Below, in pieces: positions 1 to 8,968 of a stretch of DNA of 58,169 bases. Within the stretch, counting starts at the first letter, position 1. Every line of letters starts with the position of its first letter. The stretch is taken from the NCBI GenBank assembly GCA_036752305.1, contig DAIOSZ010000001.1:2556-60724 (forward strand), given 5' to 3'. Source of the stretch: Burkholderiaceae bacterium (GTDB lineage Bacteria > Pseudomonadota > Gammaproteobacteria > Burkholderiales > Burkholderiaceae_C). Made by a program: the position numbers and the translations under genes. The notes under the pieces are model-generated. The model saw only the letters and a program-made list of their open reading frames with translations, did no database searches and was not told the DNA's origin.

Positions 1-1353
1 CCGCCGCCGCGGGAGGCCGCCATTACCCGCTCGCGCTTGCCGCGCGAGGCCTTTGCGCTGCTGGTCGCCGATGCCGACGGCCCGGTCAGCGCATCGCCGC
101 GTCTGGCGCACCGCGCTCAGGCCGAGATGAATCCGGCGTCGGTGATGAAGCTGGTCACCACCTTCGCAGCGCTTGATCTGCTTGGCCCCGCGCATCAGTG
201 GACCACGCAGATCGCCCTGGACGGTCGTGTCGAGACCGGAGTTCTGAAGGGCAACATGGTCATTCAAGGCGGAGGTGATCCCAAACTGGTGGTCGAGCGC
301 CTGTGGTTGCTGCTCGCGCGGGTGCGGAGCCTGGGCGTGCGTCAGGTGGCGGGCGACATCGTGCTGGACGCCAGCGCGTTCGAACCTCTTCCAACCCGCG
401 CAGGCGACTTTGACGATCAGCCGCTGCGTGCCTACAACGCGGCGCCCGATGCGCTGCTGATCAACTTCAAGGCGGTTGTCCTGACCTTTTCACCGGATGC
501 ATCTGCTGGCGTGGCGCGCGTGCATCTGGACCCACCGCTTGCGGGCGTACAGCGGCCCAGCGAGGTTCCGCTGGCGCCGGCCGGATCCGATTGCGGCGAC
601 TGGCGCGCAGGCCTGCGCGCTGACTTTTCCGACCCAGCCCGCATCCGCCTGGGCGGCACTTACCCGGCGGCTTGCGGTGAAAAGCTCTGGGCCCTGGCCT
701 ATGCCGACCCGAGCAGCCATGCCCGCCGCGCCGTGGAGGGCATGTGGCGCGAGATGGGAGGACAGGTAGCGGGCCAGGTGCGCGCACGGCGCCCCGACGA
801 GCGCGCTCCGGCCGGAGCGCCGGTGCTGAGCTTTGCTTCACCGCCGCTGGCGGAACTGGTGCGAGACATCAACAAGTTCAGCAACAACGTGATGGCGCAG
901 CAGGTCTTCCTGACTCTCTCGCCCAACCGGCCCGCGAGCTTTGCGCAGGCGCGCGCGCGATTGGGTTTGTGGTGGACGGAACGCCTGCCGGGGTTCAAGG
1001 CCCCGGTCCTGGAAAATGGCTCGGGACTGTCACGCGACGAACGGATTACCGCCCAATCACTGGCCGGCCTGCTGCGCCTGGCGTGGCAATCGGCCCTGAT
1101 GCCCGAGTTCGCCGCTTCGCTGCCGCTGGCGGGCGTGGACGGCACGCTGCGCCGCTCAAATGCCCGCGCCGCGCATCTGAAGACGGGATCGCTGCGCGAC
1201 GTGGCGGCGATCGCGGGCTATGTGGACGCGGCCCAGGGCCAGCGGCGCATCGTCGTCGGTCTCGTCAATCACCCCAATGCCGCGGCAGGACGCCAGGTGC
1301 TGGATGCGCTCGCGCTGTGGGCGTCCGAAGCCGGCGCCGGGGCCCAGCCATGA
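1..1353 (+). CDS. dacB: PBP4-family D-alanyl-D-alanine carboxypeptidase/endopeptidase (peptidase S13), 5' partial
   Basis: The frame is open from nt 1, so the listed ORF start at 37 is an internal TTG. The SxxK (SVMK), SxN (FSNNV) and KTG (KTGSL) penicillin-binding boxes occur in order. Confidence 0.85.
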   Translation, partial: PPPREAAITRSRLPREAFALLVADADGPVSASPRLAHRAQAEMNPASVMKLVTTFAALDLLGPAHQWTTQIALDGRVETGVLKGNMVIQGGGDPKLVVERLWLLLARVRSLGVRQVAGDIVLDASAFEPLPTRAGDFDDQPLRAYNAAPDALLINFKAVVLTFSPDASAGVARVHLDPPLAGVQRPSEVPLAPAGSDCGDWRAGLRADFSDPARIRLGGTYPAACGEKLWALAYADPSSHARRAVEGMWREMGGQVAGQVRARRPDERAPAGAPVLSFASPPLAELVRDINKFSNNVMAQQVFLTLSPNRPASFAQARARLGLWWTERLPGFKAPVLENGSGLSRDERITAQSLAGLLRLAWQSALMPEFAASLPLAGVDGTLRRSNARAAHLKTGSLRDVAAIAGYVDAAQGQRRIVVGLVNHPNAAAGRQVLDALALWASEAGAGAQP

Positions 1354-1652
1354 ATCTGGAAGGCCTGATCGGATATGCAGCGGCCACGCTGACTACGGTG
1401 AGCTTCGTGCCTCAGGCTTGGGGGATTTTCCGCACGCGCGACGTGAGCGGCATCTCACCCTGGATGTACGCGGTATTCACGTTGGGCATCGCGCTGTGGC
1501 TGGCATATGGGTGGATGATCCGCTCCTGGCCAGTGGTGATTGCCAACAGCATTACCTTCGTCCTGTCGGCCTCGATTCTGGTCATGACCTTGTACCATCG
1601 CTCGCGGGGGCGCACGCACGACCAGGGCGCGCAGCCGCAAGTCCGACCATGA
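1350..1652 (+). CDS. SemiSWEET / PQ-loop family small membrane transporter (100 aa)
   Basis: The ATG at 1350 overlaps the dacB stop (ATGA). The protein has three hydrophobic helices and a PQ motif (SFVPQAWGIF) in helix 1. Confidence 0.7.
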   Translation: MNLEGLIGYAAATLTTVSFVPQAWGIFRTRDVSGISPWMYAVFTLGIALWLAYGWMIRSWPVVIANSITFVLSASILVMTLYHRSRGRTHDQGAQPQVRP

Positions 1653-2869
1653 AACATCTCCCCTATTTCCCTGCGCGCCGGTTGGTTGCGATGGCCCTGG
1701 CCGGACTGCTGACCGCCTGTGGCGGAGGAGGCGGCACCAGCCCTGGAGGTCCCAGCACGCCCACGTCACCCTCGCCGGCTGGCACGCTCGCCATGACAGC
1801 GCTGCGAATCGCGGGAGACAGCCTGTCCGACAGCGGCACCTTTCAAGGCCAGCCGGGCTATGGGCGCATCTTTTCCGTGCAGGGCAGCAGCAGCGAACCC
1901 CATACGCTGTGGGTCGAACGGCTGGCTGTTGCCTCCGGGTTGGCGACTCCGTGTCCGGTCTATCGCTACGACGGGACGGCCTTTGCGCGCAATGCCGTCA
2001 GTGGATGCCGGAACTTTGCCGTCGGCGGTGCGCGGGTGCACAACCCGTCAGCGCGGGGTGGCGATGGCGTGCCGTTGTCGATCGTCCGCCAGTTGCAAGA
2101 CGCAGCCGGCCTGGGTCTTTACGCCGAGGGTGAATGGCTGATGGTCAGTGCTGGGGCGAATGACCTGGCGGAGCTCACGGGCGCCTGGGCCAACGTGTAT
2201 CAGGGTGGACGTGACGAATTCAAGACCATGCTGGCCGAGGTGCTGCCCGCCTCCACGGTCAACCAGACGGTCGGCCTTTTCACCGGGTACAGCGAGGCCG
2301 GCACGCTGTACGCCCGCGCGCTCGCCGACCGCCTGTATGGGGCCATTCAACGGTACGCGCTCGACCAGGGCGCCCGACGCGTCGTGGTGCTCAACGCGCC
2401 GCCCATCACGGCTACGCCGCGGGGGCGCATCGTGCTCGACACCGTTGAGAGTGCACTCGGCGGCGGTGCCATTGGTGCCTACGCGCGAACCGAGTTGAAG
2501 AACATGATCGACGGGTGGACAGCGGCTTACAACACCCAACTCGCGGCCCGCGCCGCCAGCGAAACACGAGTTCGCGTACTGGATTGGCATGCCACGGTTC
2601 TTGACCAGTTCAACCGCCCAGCCGCGTATGGCCTGACCAACGTGACGACCCCTGCTTGTCCGCCAAACGGTCTGGGCAGCCTGGGCGTACCGCCCTTCGA
2701 CCTGAGCGCATGTACCGCCGCGCTGTTGTCGGCCCGGTTCGCGGCCAGCGGCCAGGGCGTGAATGCCTGGGCGAGCTACGCCTTCGCCGATCACATGCAT
2801 CCAACGCCCTACGGACACGAGTTGATTGCCAACTTCGCCGTGCAACGCGTCCAAGCTTCGGGTTGGTAG
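1649..2869 (+). CDS. SGNH/GDSL-family hydrolase lipoprotein
   Basis: The ATG at 1649 overlaps the upstream stop (ATGA). It has a lipobox signal peptide (LAGLLTAC-GGGGG), a block I GDSLSD motif and a C-terminal DxxH (ADHMHP). Confidence 0.8.
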   Translation: MKHLPYFPARRLVAMALAGLLTACGGGGGTSPGGPSTPTSPSPAGTLAMTALRIAGDSLSDSGTFQGQPGYGRIFSVQGSSSEPHTLWVERLAVASGLATPCPVYRYDGTAFARNAVSGCRNFAVGGARVHNPSARGGDGVPLSIVRQLQDAAGLGLYAEGEWLMVSAGANDLAELTGAWANVYQGGRDEFKTMLAEVLPASTVNQTVGLFTGYSEAGTLYARALADRLYGAIQRYALDQGARRVVVLNAPPITATPRGRIVLDTVESALGGGAIGAYARTELKNMIDGWTAAYNTQLAARAASETRVRVLDWHATVLDQFNRPAAYGLTNVTTPACPPNGLGSLGVPPFDLSACTAALLSARFAASGQGVNAWASYAFADHMHPTPYGHELIANFAVQRVQASGW

Positions 2870-2896
2870 CCACGTCATTTCACCTAAGAACTTTGC

Positions 2897-3373
2897 ATGC
2901 CGCCCTCCCCCTTGACTCACTTTGACGCGCAAGGCCAGGCGCACATGGTGGACGTTTCCGCCAAGCCAGCCACGCACCGCATCGCCCGCGCGGCGGGCCG
3001 CATCTCGATGAAGCCCGAAACCTTGGCGCTGATCGCCAGCGGTTCAGCCAAGAAGGGCGATGTTCTTGGCGTAGCGCGTCTTGCCGGCATCATGGGCGCA
3101 AAAAAGACCAGCGAGCTGATCCCGCTGTGCCACCCGATCGCGCTGACCCGTGTGGCCGTGGAGTTTGAATTGATCCCGGGCGAAAGTGCCGTCGAATGTG
3201 TAGCCACCACCGAAACCATAGGCCCGACGGGCGTTGAAATGGAGGCGCTGACGGCTGTTCAGGTGGCACTGCTGACGGTTTATGACATGTGCAAGGCGGT
3301 GGATCGGGGGATGGTGATTGAGTCCGTCGTGCTGCGGAGCAAAACCGGTGGCAAGTCCGGTGAATGGAGCTAG
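2897..3373 (+). CDS. moaC: cyclic pyranopterin monophosphate synthase MoaC
   Basis: 158 aa with typical MoaC motifs ([36 protein letters not shown]). Confidence 0.95.
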   Translation: MPPSPLTHFDAQGQAHMVDVSAKPATHRIARAAGRISMKPETLALIASGSAKKGDVLGVARLAGIMGAKKTSELIPLCHPIALTRVAVEFELIPGESAVECVATTETIGPTGVEMEALTAVQVALLTVYDMCKAVDRGMVIESVVLRSKTGGKSGEWS

Positions 3374-4131
3374 AACGAGTCGATTTGAACAACTCCTATG
3401 GGCCGGGCGCTTTTAGAATCCAACAACACCGTCCATGCACCCTTGCGGTCCAACAAGGGCAGATAGCGCAAATCCTCCAACAAATATCCTGCCGCCGCTG
3501 CCACTCTTTTTATTGCATCGGCTTCGCCGGGAAACCGAATCGATAACCTGTCGGCTGACTGAGATTCAGACAGTATGGCGGATGTTTGAGATTCGTAGTT
3601 TGTCCACAACCAGGGTTGTGCCGCTTGCGGCGTGCCCCCGAGATCTAGCGTCGCAGAGTCGAATTGCTCGCTTGGCCCGGTGAAGCTACGTAAGGCAATC
3701 CACTGTGGCCCTGTCCATGGCAAAACGCGCAAATCGTTGGGCGCTCTAACCAGATGATCACTGGTTATGTCCGCCGCATGGACAACACGGAATCGACTGT
3801 ATTCAAACACCACGTAAACCGGCCGGGCCTGCGCAACGGTATTCAAGCCATACAGCAACGCACCAAGCTGGAGAATCCCCACAACCGTCAGATCAGCTAT
3901 TAATTCTCGACGGGATTTATCGGAACTGCAAATAATGAGGGTGATGGCAGGACCCATGACCACGTCAACTAGGATCAACAGAAAAAAAAGCTGCCGACCT
4001 CCAGATAGCTCACGATATGGATAAGGATACCAGACGCCAAATACCAACGCCGCAGAGAGTGCAGCGACGGATACGCTGACCAATAAGTGCCAACCTGCTG
4101 CACGAATGCGAGCATTTACATTGTTCGCCAT
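3370..4131 (-). CDS. type IV pilin accessory protein, FimB/TfpX-Y-Z-like membrane protein
   Basis: N-terminal TM helices and the pattern WYPYP..GG...VD.VMGP..T......K.RREL..DL.....LQL.AL.YG.....ARP.YVVFE..RF.V recall FimB/TfpZ-type accessory proteins. It sits last in the pilA locus and has AT-rich codon usage. Confidence 0.55.
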   Translation of the reverse strand: MANNVNARIRAAGWHLLVSVSVAALSAALVFGVWYPYPYRELSGGRQLFFLLILVDVVMGPAITLIICSSDKSRRELIADLTVVGILQLGALLYGLNTVAQARPVYVVFEYSRFRVVHAADITSDHLVRAPNDLRVLPWTGPQWIALRSFTGPSEQFDSATLDLGGTPQAAQPWLWTNYESQTSAILSESQSADRLSIRFPGEADAIKRVAAAAGYLLEDLRYLPLLDRKGAWTVLLDSKSARPIGVVQIDSF

Positions 4132-4147
4132 ACCAACTTTCCTACGG

Positions 4148-5866
4148 CTATTTTAGGTTGACCATATCATCTTCATTTTTCCTTGTTTCCCACTCATCGT
4201 ATAGCCCTGCACACGCTTTTTCGGAAAGCAACCAACAACTGCGCTCTGCCCATATTCTAGCTTCGTCAGAGTAGCCATTTACTCGATAGGCACCAATTAC
4301 TTTTCGTATAGAAAGGGGTGCTGTTGCATACAGCATAAGATTCTCCCAATGCTGGATCTCGTTTTGAGACATGCCCGTTCGAGGCGTGGCCCGAAACAGA
4401 GCAATGGCATCCGGCCAGTCAACCAGCACAATGGTTCTAGGAGGTGATTCGTCATGCCCGCTCCCAATCTTCGCCACCTGGAAACGCAGTTCAGAAAACG
4501 CAGCCTCAACCCGCAAATAATCAATCACAATTACAACCGTAATCACCAGCATCCCCACCACGACGCCTGTCATCCAATTCTTCGATATCCGAACGATTGG
4601 CTTGGGAGGGCCTAGCCTTCCAGCTATCAGTCCGAGTATGCAGCCGAATGGGAGGAGAAAATACGGATAATTGAGTGGAAACTCTAGCATCGCATGCACG
4701 CCGAAAGCCAATACGCAACCAAGTATGCAGTAGTCCACCAACGAAGAAGTCGCCTTTACGAGACGACTCAGCCATACAATACTCAAGACAAGTATGAGCG
4801 CGGCAATCGGCCATCCCACCCACAACGCCAAGTCCAATATTAAATTGTGACTTTGCTCGAAATAGATATTTCCAATCGCCTCTTTAAAATCAAGATAAAC
4901 CCCAAAATATCCCAAATTGCTCTTTCCCCAACCATAACCGATCCAGAAACTTTTCGTGCTCGCAGCGAGGGCCATTTGCCACAGCATCAGGCGAATTTCA
5001 CCTGCATTTCGATCAACCAGGGTGCTTTGAATATCTGCATTGAGAATACGTCCAAGCATGCCCTGCGAGAATAGCGCGACAACGTAGCACCCAAATAAAA
5101 TCCAAATAGTGGTTTTGACTCGACCCGAAACATCCTTCGGCGGAAAAAACGAACAAGCAAGCACCCAAAGACTGAGCGTTAGTAAAGCATGGCGAGATTG
5201 CGTCATGGCAATACCCCAAAGAATCCAGCCACATCCAAGCAACGCGCTCAGGTTTCCGATCCGCCGAGAGCCCCACAACAATCCAATTCCCATTATTCCG
5301 CACAAGAGCAATGTTGCCAGTTGATTGGGCTGTGCAAGATTGGCGTACGGCCTAGAACCCTCATAAAAGGGGAGTATCCACACTTCGAAAAGATCAGGGT
5401 TTTTTGCATAACCCAGCCATTGATAACTGGCAATACCGGTAGATCCGATGGCGGCAAATGTCATGGCCATGATCACCAAATAGCCAATCGAAATCTCTTG
5501 TCCGCATGCTTCTGATGCGTAGCTCAGCTGATAACACACTGCAAATCCAAACAGCACAAGCGCAGTAATGATCGCATTACTTTTCAGCGGCATTAAGCCA
5601 ATGCTGTACTGCAATAGCGGCGTGATCGCCAAAAGGAGCAGCGCCAAGCTGGCCCTAGGAACTGCCAATTGTTTCGGCATGCCGCGCAGACAGTAAATAC
5701 CAATGAATGCCAGCGCAATGGACGCCCAGGCATTAGAGTGAAACGCCATCCAAGGCGGGTAATGATTGGGTATCAACCACGCGCACATCAGCAGCGCAAG
5801 AAGAATGGATTCCCAAACAGCCGCGTCGCGCCACCCGATGGTGCGCTTCATTCCGAAATCATGCAT
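4148..5866 (-). CDS. pilin O-oligosaccharyltransferase, TfpO/PilO/PglL-like (O-antigen-ligase/Wzy_C family)
   Basis: Polytopic membrane protein with the NHYPPW..FHSN motif of PglL/Wzy_C-type ligases and a soluble C-terminal domain. I chose the ATG at 5866 (alternative 5851) because the listed 6052 start overlaps pilA and the pilA terminator. Confidence 0.75.
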   Translation of the reverse strand: MHDFGMKRTIGWRDAAVWESILLALLMCAWLIPNHYPPWMAFHSNAWASIALAFIGIYCLRGMPKQLAVPRASLALLLLAITPLLQYSIGLMPLKSNAIITALVLFGFAVCYQLSYASEACGQEISIGYLVIMAMTFAAIGSTGIASYQWLGYAKNPDLFEVWILPFYEGSRPYANLAQPNQLATLLLCGIMGIGLLWGSRRIGNLSALLGCGWILWGIAMTQSRHALLTLSLWVLACSFFPPKDVSGRVKTTIWILFGCYVVALFSQGMLGRILNADIQSTLVDRNAGEIRLMLWQMALAASTKSFWIGYGWGKSNLGYFGVYLDFKEAIGNIYFEQSHNLILDLALWVGWPIAALILVLSIVWLSRLVKATSSLVDYCILGCVLAFGVHAMLEFPLNYPYFLLPFGCILGLIAGRLGPPKPIVRISKNWMTGVVVGMLVITVVIVIDYLRVEAAFSELRFQVAKIGSGHDESPPRTIVLVDWPDAIALFRATPRTGMSQNEIQHWENLMLYATAPLSIRKVIGAYRVNGYSDEARIWAERSCWLLSEKACAGLYDEWETRKNEDDMVNLK

Positions 5867-5874
5867 TTCAAATA

Positions 5875-5902
5875 GCAAATAGAAAAGGCCGCTCACGCGG
5901 CC
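5875..5902 (-). terminator. rho-independent terminator/attenuator after pilA
   Basis: On the minus strand, GGCCGC-GTGA-GCGGCC (5887-5902) is followed by TTTTCTATTT. It lies between the pilA stop (5928) and the tfpO-like start. Confidence 0.6.
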
Positions 5903-5927
5903 TATTCTATTGAATGTTGATTGTATA

Positions 5928-6407
5928 TCAGGATTGCTTGCAGGAGCCTGGCAGGTATTTTCGATCCAATGGGTTACTGGCTGCTGGGCCACACCGCCAT
6001 TCGGTAATCGCCTGTCCTCCGTTGGTGTTGCCAGCCACTGCACTAGAGCCAATATACGGCTTTAGTTCAATCTGATTGGTCGTAGTGGTTACGCTGCCGC
6101 CCAACGCGCCGGCACTGGCAGTGACCGTAATCACGCCATTCGTGTCAGAAGAACCTCCGGTAACCATCTTGGTGGGGGAAATCGTGCAGCCAGCAATAGC
6201 CGACTGCGCGTCAGCAACCGGCGAACTCTGCAATGACTCTGTAACCGTTGTACGGCAAGAGGACGCCGCCAGAATCACCTCAGAAACCCGTGCACGCACG
6301 GTGTAGTCCTGATATGCCGGCAACGCGACCGCAGCCAGAATACCAATAATGGCCACCACGATCATCAGTTCGATGAGCGTGAAGCCTTGTTGCAGTTGAC
6401 GCTTCAT
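5928..6407 (-). CDS. pilA: type IVa major pilin
   Basis: It has the class III signal and N-methylation motif ([35 protein letters not shown]). A C-terminal disulfide loop ([18 protein letters not shown]) is followed by KQS. Confidence 0.95.
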   Translation of the reverse strand: MKRQLQQGFTLIELMIVVAIIGILAAVALPAYQDYTVRARVSEVILAASSCRTTVTESLQSSPVADAQSAIAGCTISPTKMVTGGSSDTNGVITVTASAGALGGSVTTTTNQIELKPYIGSSAVAGNTNGGQAITEWRCGPAASNPLDRKYLPGSCKQS

Positions 6408-6447
6408 GGATAACCTCCTGGTAAGTGTGAAGAAGCGCAGAAGCTAA

Positions 6448-6464
6448 AGCGAGAACCGTGCCTG
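6448..6464 (-). promoter_or_regulatory. sigma-54 (RpoN) -24/-12 type promoter for pilA
   Basis: The minus strand reads CAGGCACGGTTCTCGCT, i.e. GG-N10-GC with GGCACG-N4-TCGC (consensus TGGCACG-N4-TTGC). The -12 element lies about 42 nt upstream of the pilA ATG. Confidence 0.55.
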
Positions 6465-6562
6465 ACGCCTGCGCCATTCATGGTGGCGCGAACACCGTAA
6501 AAAAGCCCGCGCTGTGTGACTCAATGGCCACTGAAGCTGCCAACCAAGGACAATTTTGTCAC

Positions 6563-8968
6563 TCACTTGATGCAAACCTGCCTGACCTGCTTCACATCTG
6601 TCAGTCCCATCAGCACCTTCTCCATACCGTCCATCTTCAAGGTTCGCATGCCGCCTTCCACAGCCTTGGCAAAGACTTCGGCCACGCGGGCGCGTTCTTG
6701 AACGAGCTTCTTGATGGCGTCGTCGGCAATCAGCAGTTCATGCAGACCGACTCGGCCCTTGTAGCCTGATCCGGCGCACTTGGCACAGCCCACCGCCTTG
6801 TACAGCTTGAGCTGCCCATCCTGCGCGTAGCGCTTGGTCCATCCGTCCAGCAGACGCTTGTACTCGCCGTCGGTATCGGCTTTCCAGGCAGCCGTGCGGC
6901 CCAACTCTTCTGCGTATTCCATGACGAAGAGGTGCAGTTCGTCCTCTTCCGGCACATACGCGGCCTTGCAATCGCCGCACAGACGCCTGGCCAGGCGCTG
7001 GGCCAGGATGCCGAGCAACGCGTCCGCGAAATTGAACGGGTCCATGCCCATGTCCAGCAGGCGCGTGATCGACTCAGGCGCGGAATTCGTGTGCAGCGTT
7101 GAAAACACCAAATGCCCGGTAAGCGAAGCTTCCACGCCCATCGACACGGTTTCCTTGTCGCGGCTTTCGCCGACCATGATGATGTCGGGGTCGGCACGCA
7201 GAAAGGCGCGCATGACCAGCGCAAAGTCGATGCCGGCCTTTTTATTGATTTGTACCTGACGCAAACCCTTCTGGGTGATTTCCACCGGGTCTTCGGCCGT
7301 CCAAATCTTGGTTTCCGGTGTGTTGAGATGGTGCAGGATGGAGTGCAGCGTGGTGGTCTTGCCGGAGCCCGTCGGTCCACAAACATAGAAAAGACCATAG
7401 GGCTTTTCTATGGTTTTGACCAACCGCTCGCGGTTGTGGTCCGTCAAACCCAGTTTTTCCAGCGGAATCGGCTCGCCTGCCGCCAAAATACGCATCACCA
7501 CATCTTCAACACCGCCGGCGGATGGAATGGTGGCAACACGCAATTCAATGTCGAGTGGTCCGAAACGCTTGAATTGGATTTTTCCATCCTGCGGCTTGCG
7601 CTTCTCGGAAATGTCGAGGTCACACATGATCTTCAGGCGCGTGATCATGGCCTGGCGAAAATGCGCGGGAACCTCGATGTAGGGTTGCAGGACGCCGTCG
7701 ATGCGCAGGCGCACACCCGTCTTGGCTTTCCCGGGCAGCGGCTCAATGTGAATGTCAGAGGCTTTTTGCTGGTACGCGTCAACAATGACCTTGTTGACGA
7801 ATTTGACCAGCTCATTGTCTGCCGCAAGCGATGCGACCGCGTCCTCGCCAGCGGGTTCATCATCGGCCATGGGCTGCAGGTCGGCCAACAACTGGTCAAT
7901 CGTCCCAGCCGCCCCCGAGCCATAAATCTGCTCGACGGTTTGCGCGAACTCACGCTGCGTCGTCACTTTCAGCACCAGGTGCGGCTGCTGCCGGAAAACC
8001 TGCTGAACCACCCGGCCCGCGCGCACGGCTTCCGGGTCCAGGCACAAAATTACCAGTCCCTCGGGTACCTGTTCCAGCGGCAGCCAGCCTTGTTCTTCAA
8101 TGAATTCGCGCTTGAGCGGGTTGTGCAGGTTGTCGATGCGCAGCCGCGCATTGGCCGCCCCTTCGTACGCAACGCCAAAAAACTTGCCCAGCGCATGACC
8201 AACGTCGCTGGCCGTCAACCCCAGCTTGCCGATGAGCACATCTTCCACGTGAACCTGTTCGTCACGCGCCCGCTGCACACATTCCTGCAATTCCGCCTGC
8301 GTTACACGCCCATCGGTGACGAGTGCGTCGTATTTGGTGGGCTTGTGCTGGGCAACGAATTGCCCTCCCGAGCGCTGGCGCTGCCGGATCGCCGTGGCCA
8401 GCGTCTTGCACAACTGGGCCGCGCCATCCACGTCAAGCGCAGAAAATGGACGATCGGCTTTGTTGTTGATGATCTGCAGCACGCCGTGCAACTGCTTCCC
8501 GTCCAAAATGGGCTGCACCAGCATCTGCTTGGTGCGGTATCCGGAGCGCTTGTCAACCTCCTGCAAAAAAGTAAGGTCCGGATGGAGCCTGCGCAGATCT
8601 TCCTCGACGTAGACATCGGCGATGTTGAGCGGCTGTCGGCTCATGGCCACGTAGCCGGCAAGACTTTGCGTGCCCACCGGTAGCTTGAGTTCCCGCGCGG
8701 TGTTCAGGCCCGTTTTGACCTTGGAGACAATGGAGGCCTGATCCTCACCCATCGCGTACAGCGTGAAGCGATCGGCGTTGAACAGCCGACAAATGTCGCT
8801 GCTCAGCTCAAGCATGAGCTGATCAAGGTTCTCGGTGTCGTGGATGCGCGTGGTGACCTGTTGCAACTGGCGGAAAAACAGCGCCTCGAACGAAAGCCCA
8901 CGCTTGTCGCCGCCTTCTGTCCTTGGAAAACCGCCGAGCGTGGAGTTGGGTGCCTCAACGCCGTTCAC
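6563..8968 (-). CDS. PilB/GspE-family secretion/pilus ATPase with N-terminal GAF domain (801 aa)
   Basis: Residues ~25-190 look like a GAF domain. A T2SSE_N-like region follows, then Walker A (GPTGSGKTTT), Walker B (IIMVGESRD), a His box (GHLVFSTLHTN) and a tetra-Cys motif (CGDC...CAKC). The GTG start at 8968 overlaps the upstream stop. Confidence 0.85.
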   Translation of the reverse strand: MNGVEAPNSTLGGFPRTEGGDKRGLSFEALFFRQLQQVTTRIHDTENLDQLMLELSSDICRLFNADRFTLYAMGEDQASIVSKVKTGLNTARELKLPVGTQSLAGYVAMSRQPLNIADVYVEEDLRRLHPDLTFLQEVDKRSGYRTKQMLVQPILDGKQLHGVLQIINNKADRPFSALDVDGAAQLCKTLATAIRQRQRSGGQFVAQHKPTKYDALVTDGRVTQAELQECVQRARDEQVHVEDVLIGKLGLTASDVGHALGKFFGVAYEGAANARLRIDNLHNPLKREFIEEQGWLPLEQVPEGLVILCLDPEAVRAGRVVQQVFRQQPHLVLKVTTQREFAQTVEQIYGSGAAGTIDQLLADLQPMADDEPAGEDAVASLAADNELVKFVNKVIVDAYQQKASDIHIEPLPGKAKTGVRLRIDGVLQPYIEVPAHFRQAMITRLKIMCDLDISEKRKPQDGKIQFKRFGPLDIELRVATIPSAGGVEDVVMRILAAGEPIPLEKLGLTDHNRERLVKTIEKPYGLFYVCGPTGSGKTTTLHSILHHLNTPETKIWTAEDPVEITQKGLRQVQINKKAGIDFALVMRAFLRADPDIIMVGESRDKETVSMGVEASLTGHLVFSTLHTNSAPESITRLLDMGMDPFNFADALLGILAQRLARRLCGDCKAAYVPEEDELHLFVMEYAEELGRTAAWKADTDGEYKRLLDGWTKRYAQDGQLKLYKAVGCAKCAGSGYKGRVGLHELLIADDAIKKLVQERARVAEVFAKAVEGGMRTLKMDGMEKVLMGLTDVKQVRQVCIK

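Noticed and set aside
6481-6512. A possible terminator after the GAF-ATPase gene (minus strand GCGCGGGCTTTTTT).
   Set aside because: The only complementary segment lies downstream of the T-run, so it does not form a stem followed by a U-tract. It is more likely part of the pilA upstream regulatory region.
7112-8683. Long antisense ORFs opposite well-supported genes: 7112..8683, 14265..16247, 17218..19659, 21177..22853, 24716..26866, 19600..20775, 51840..53567 and 27415..28692.
   Set aside because: Their translations are Arg/Ala/Gly/His-rich and low in complexity, with no motifs. They lie opposite genes with clear family signatures. This is the usual stop-codon-poor antisense frame of high-GC DNA.
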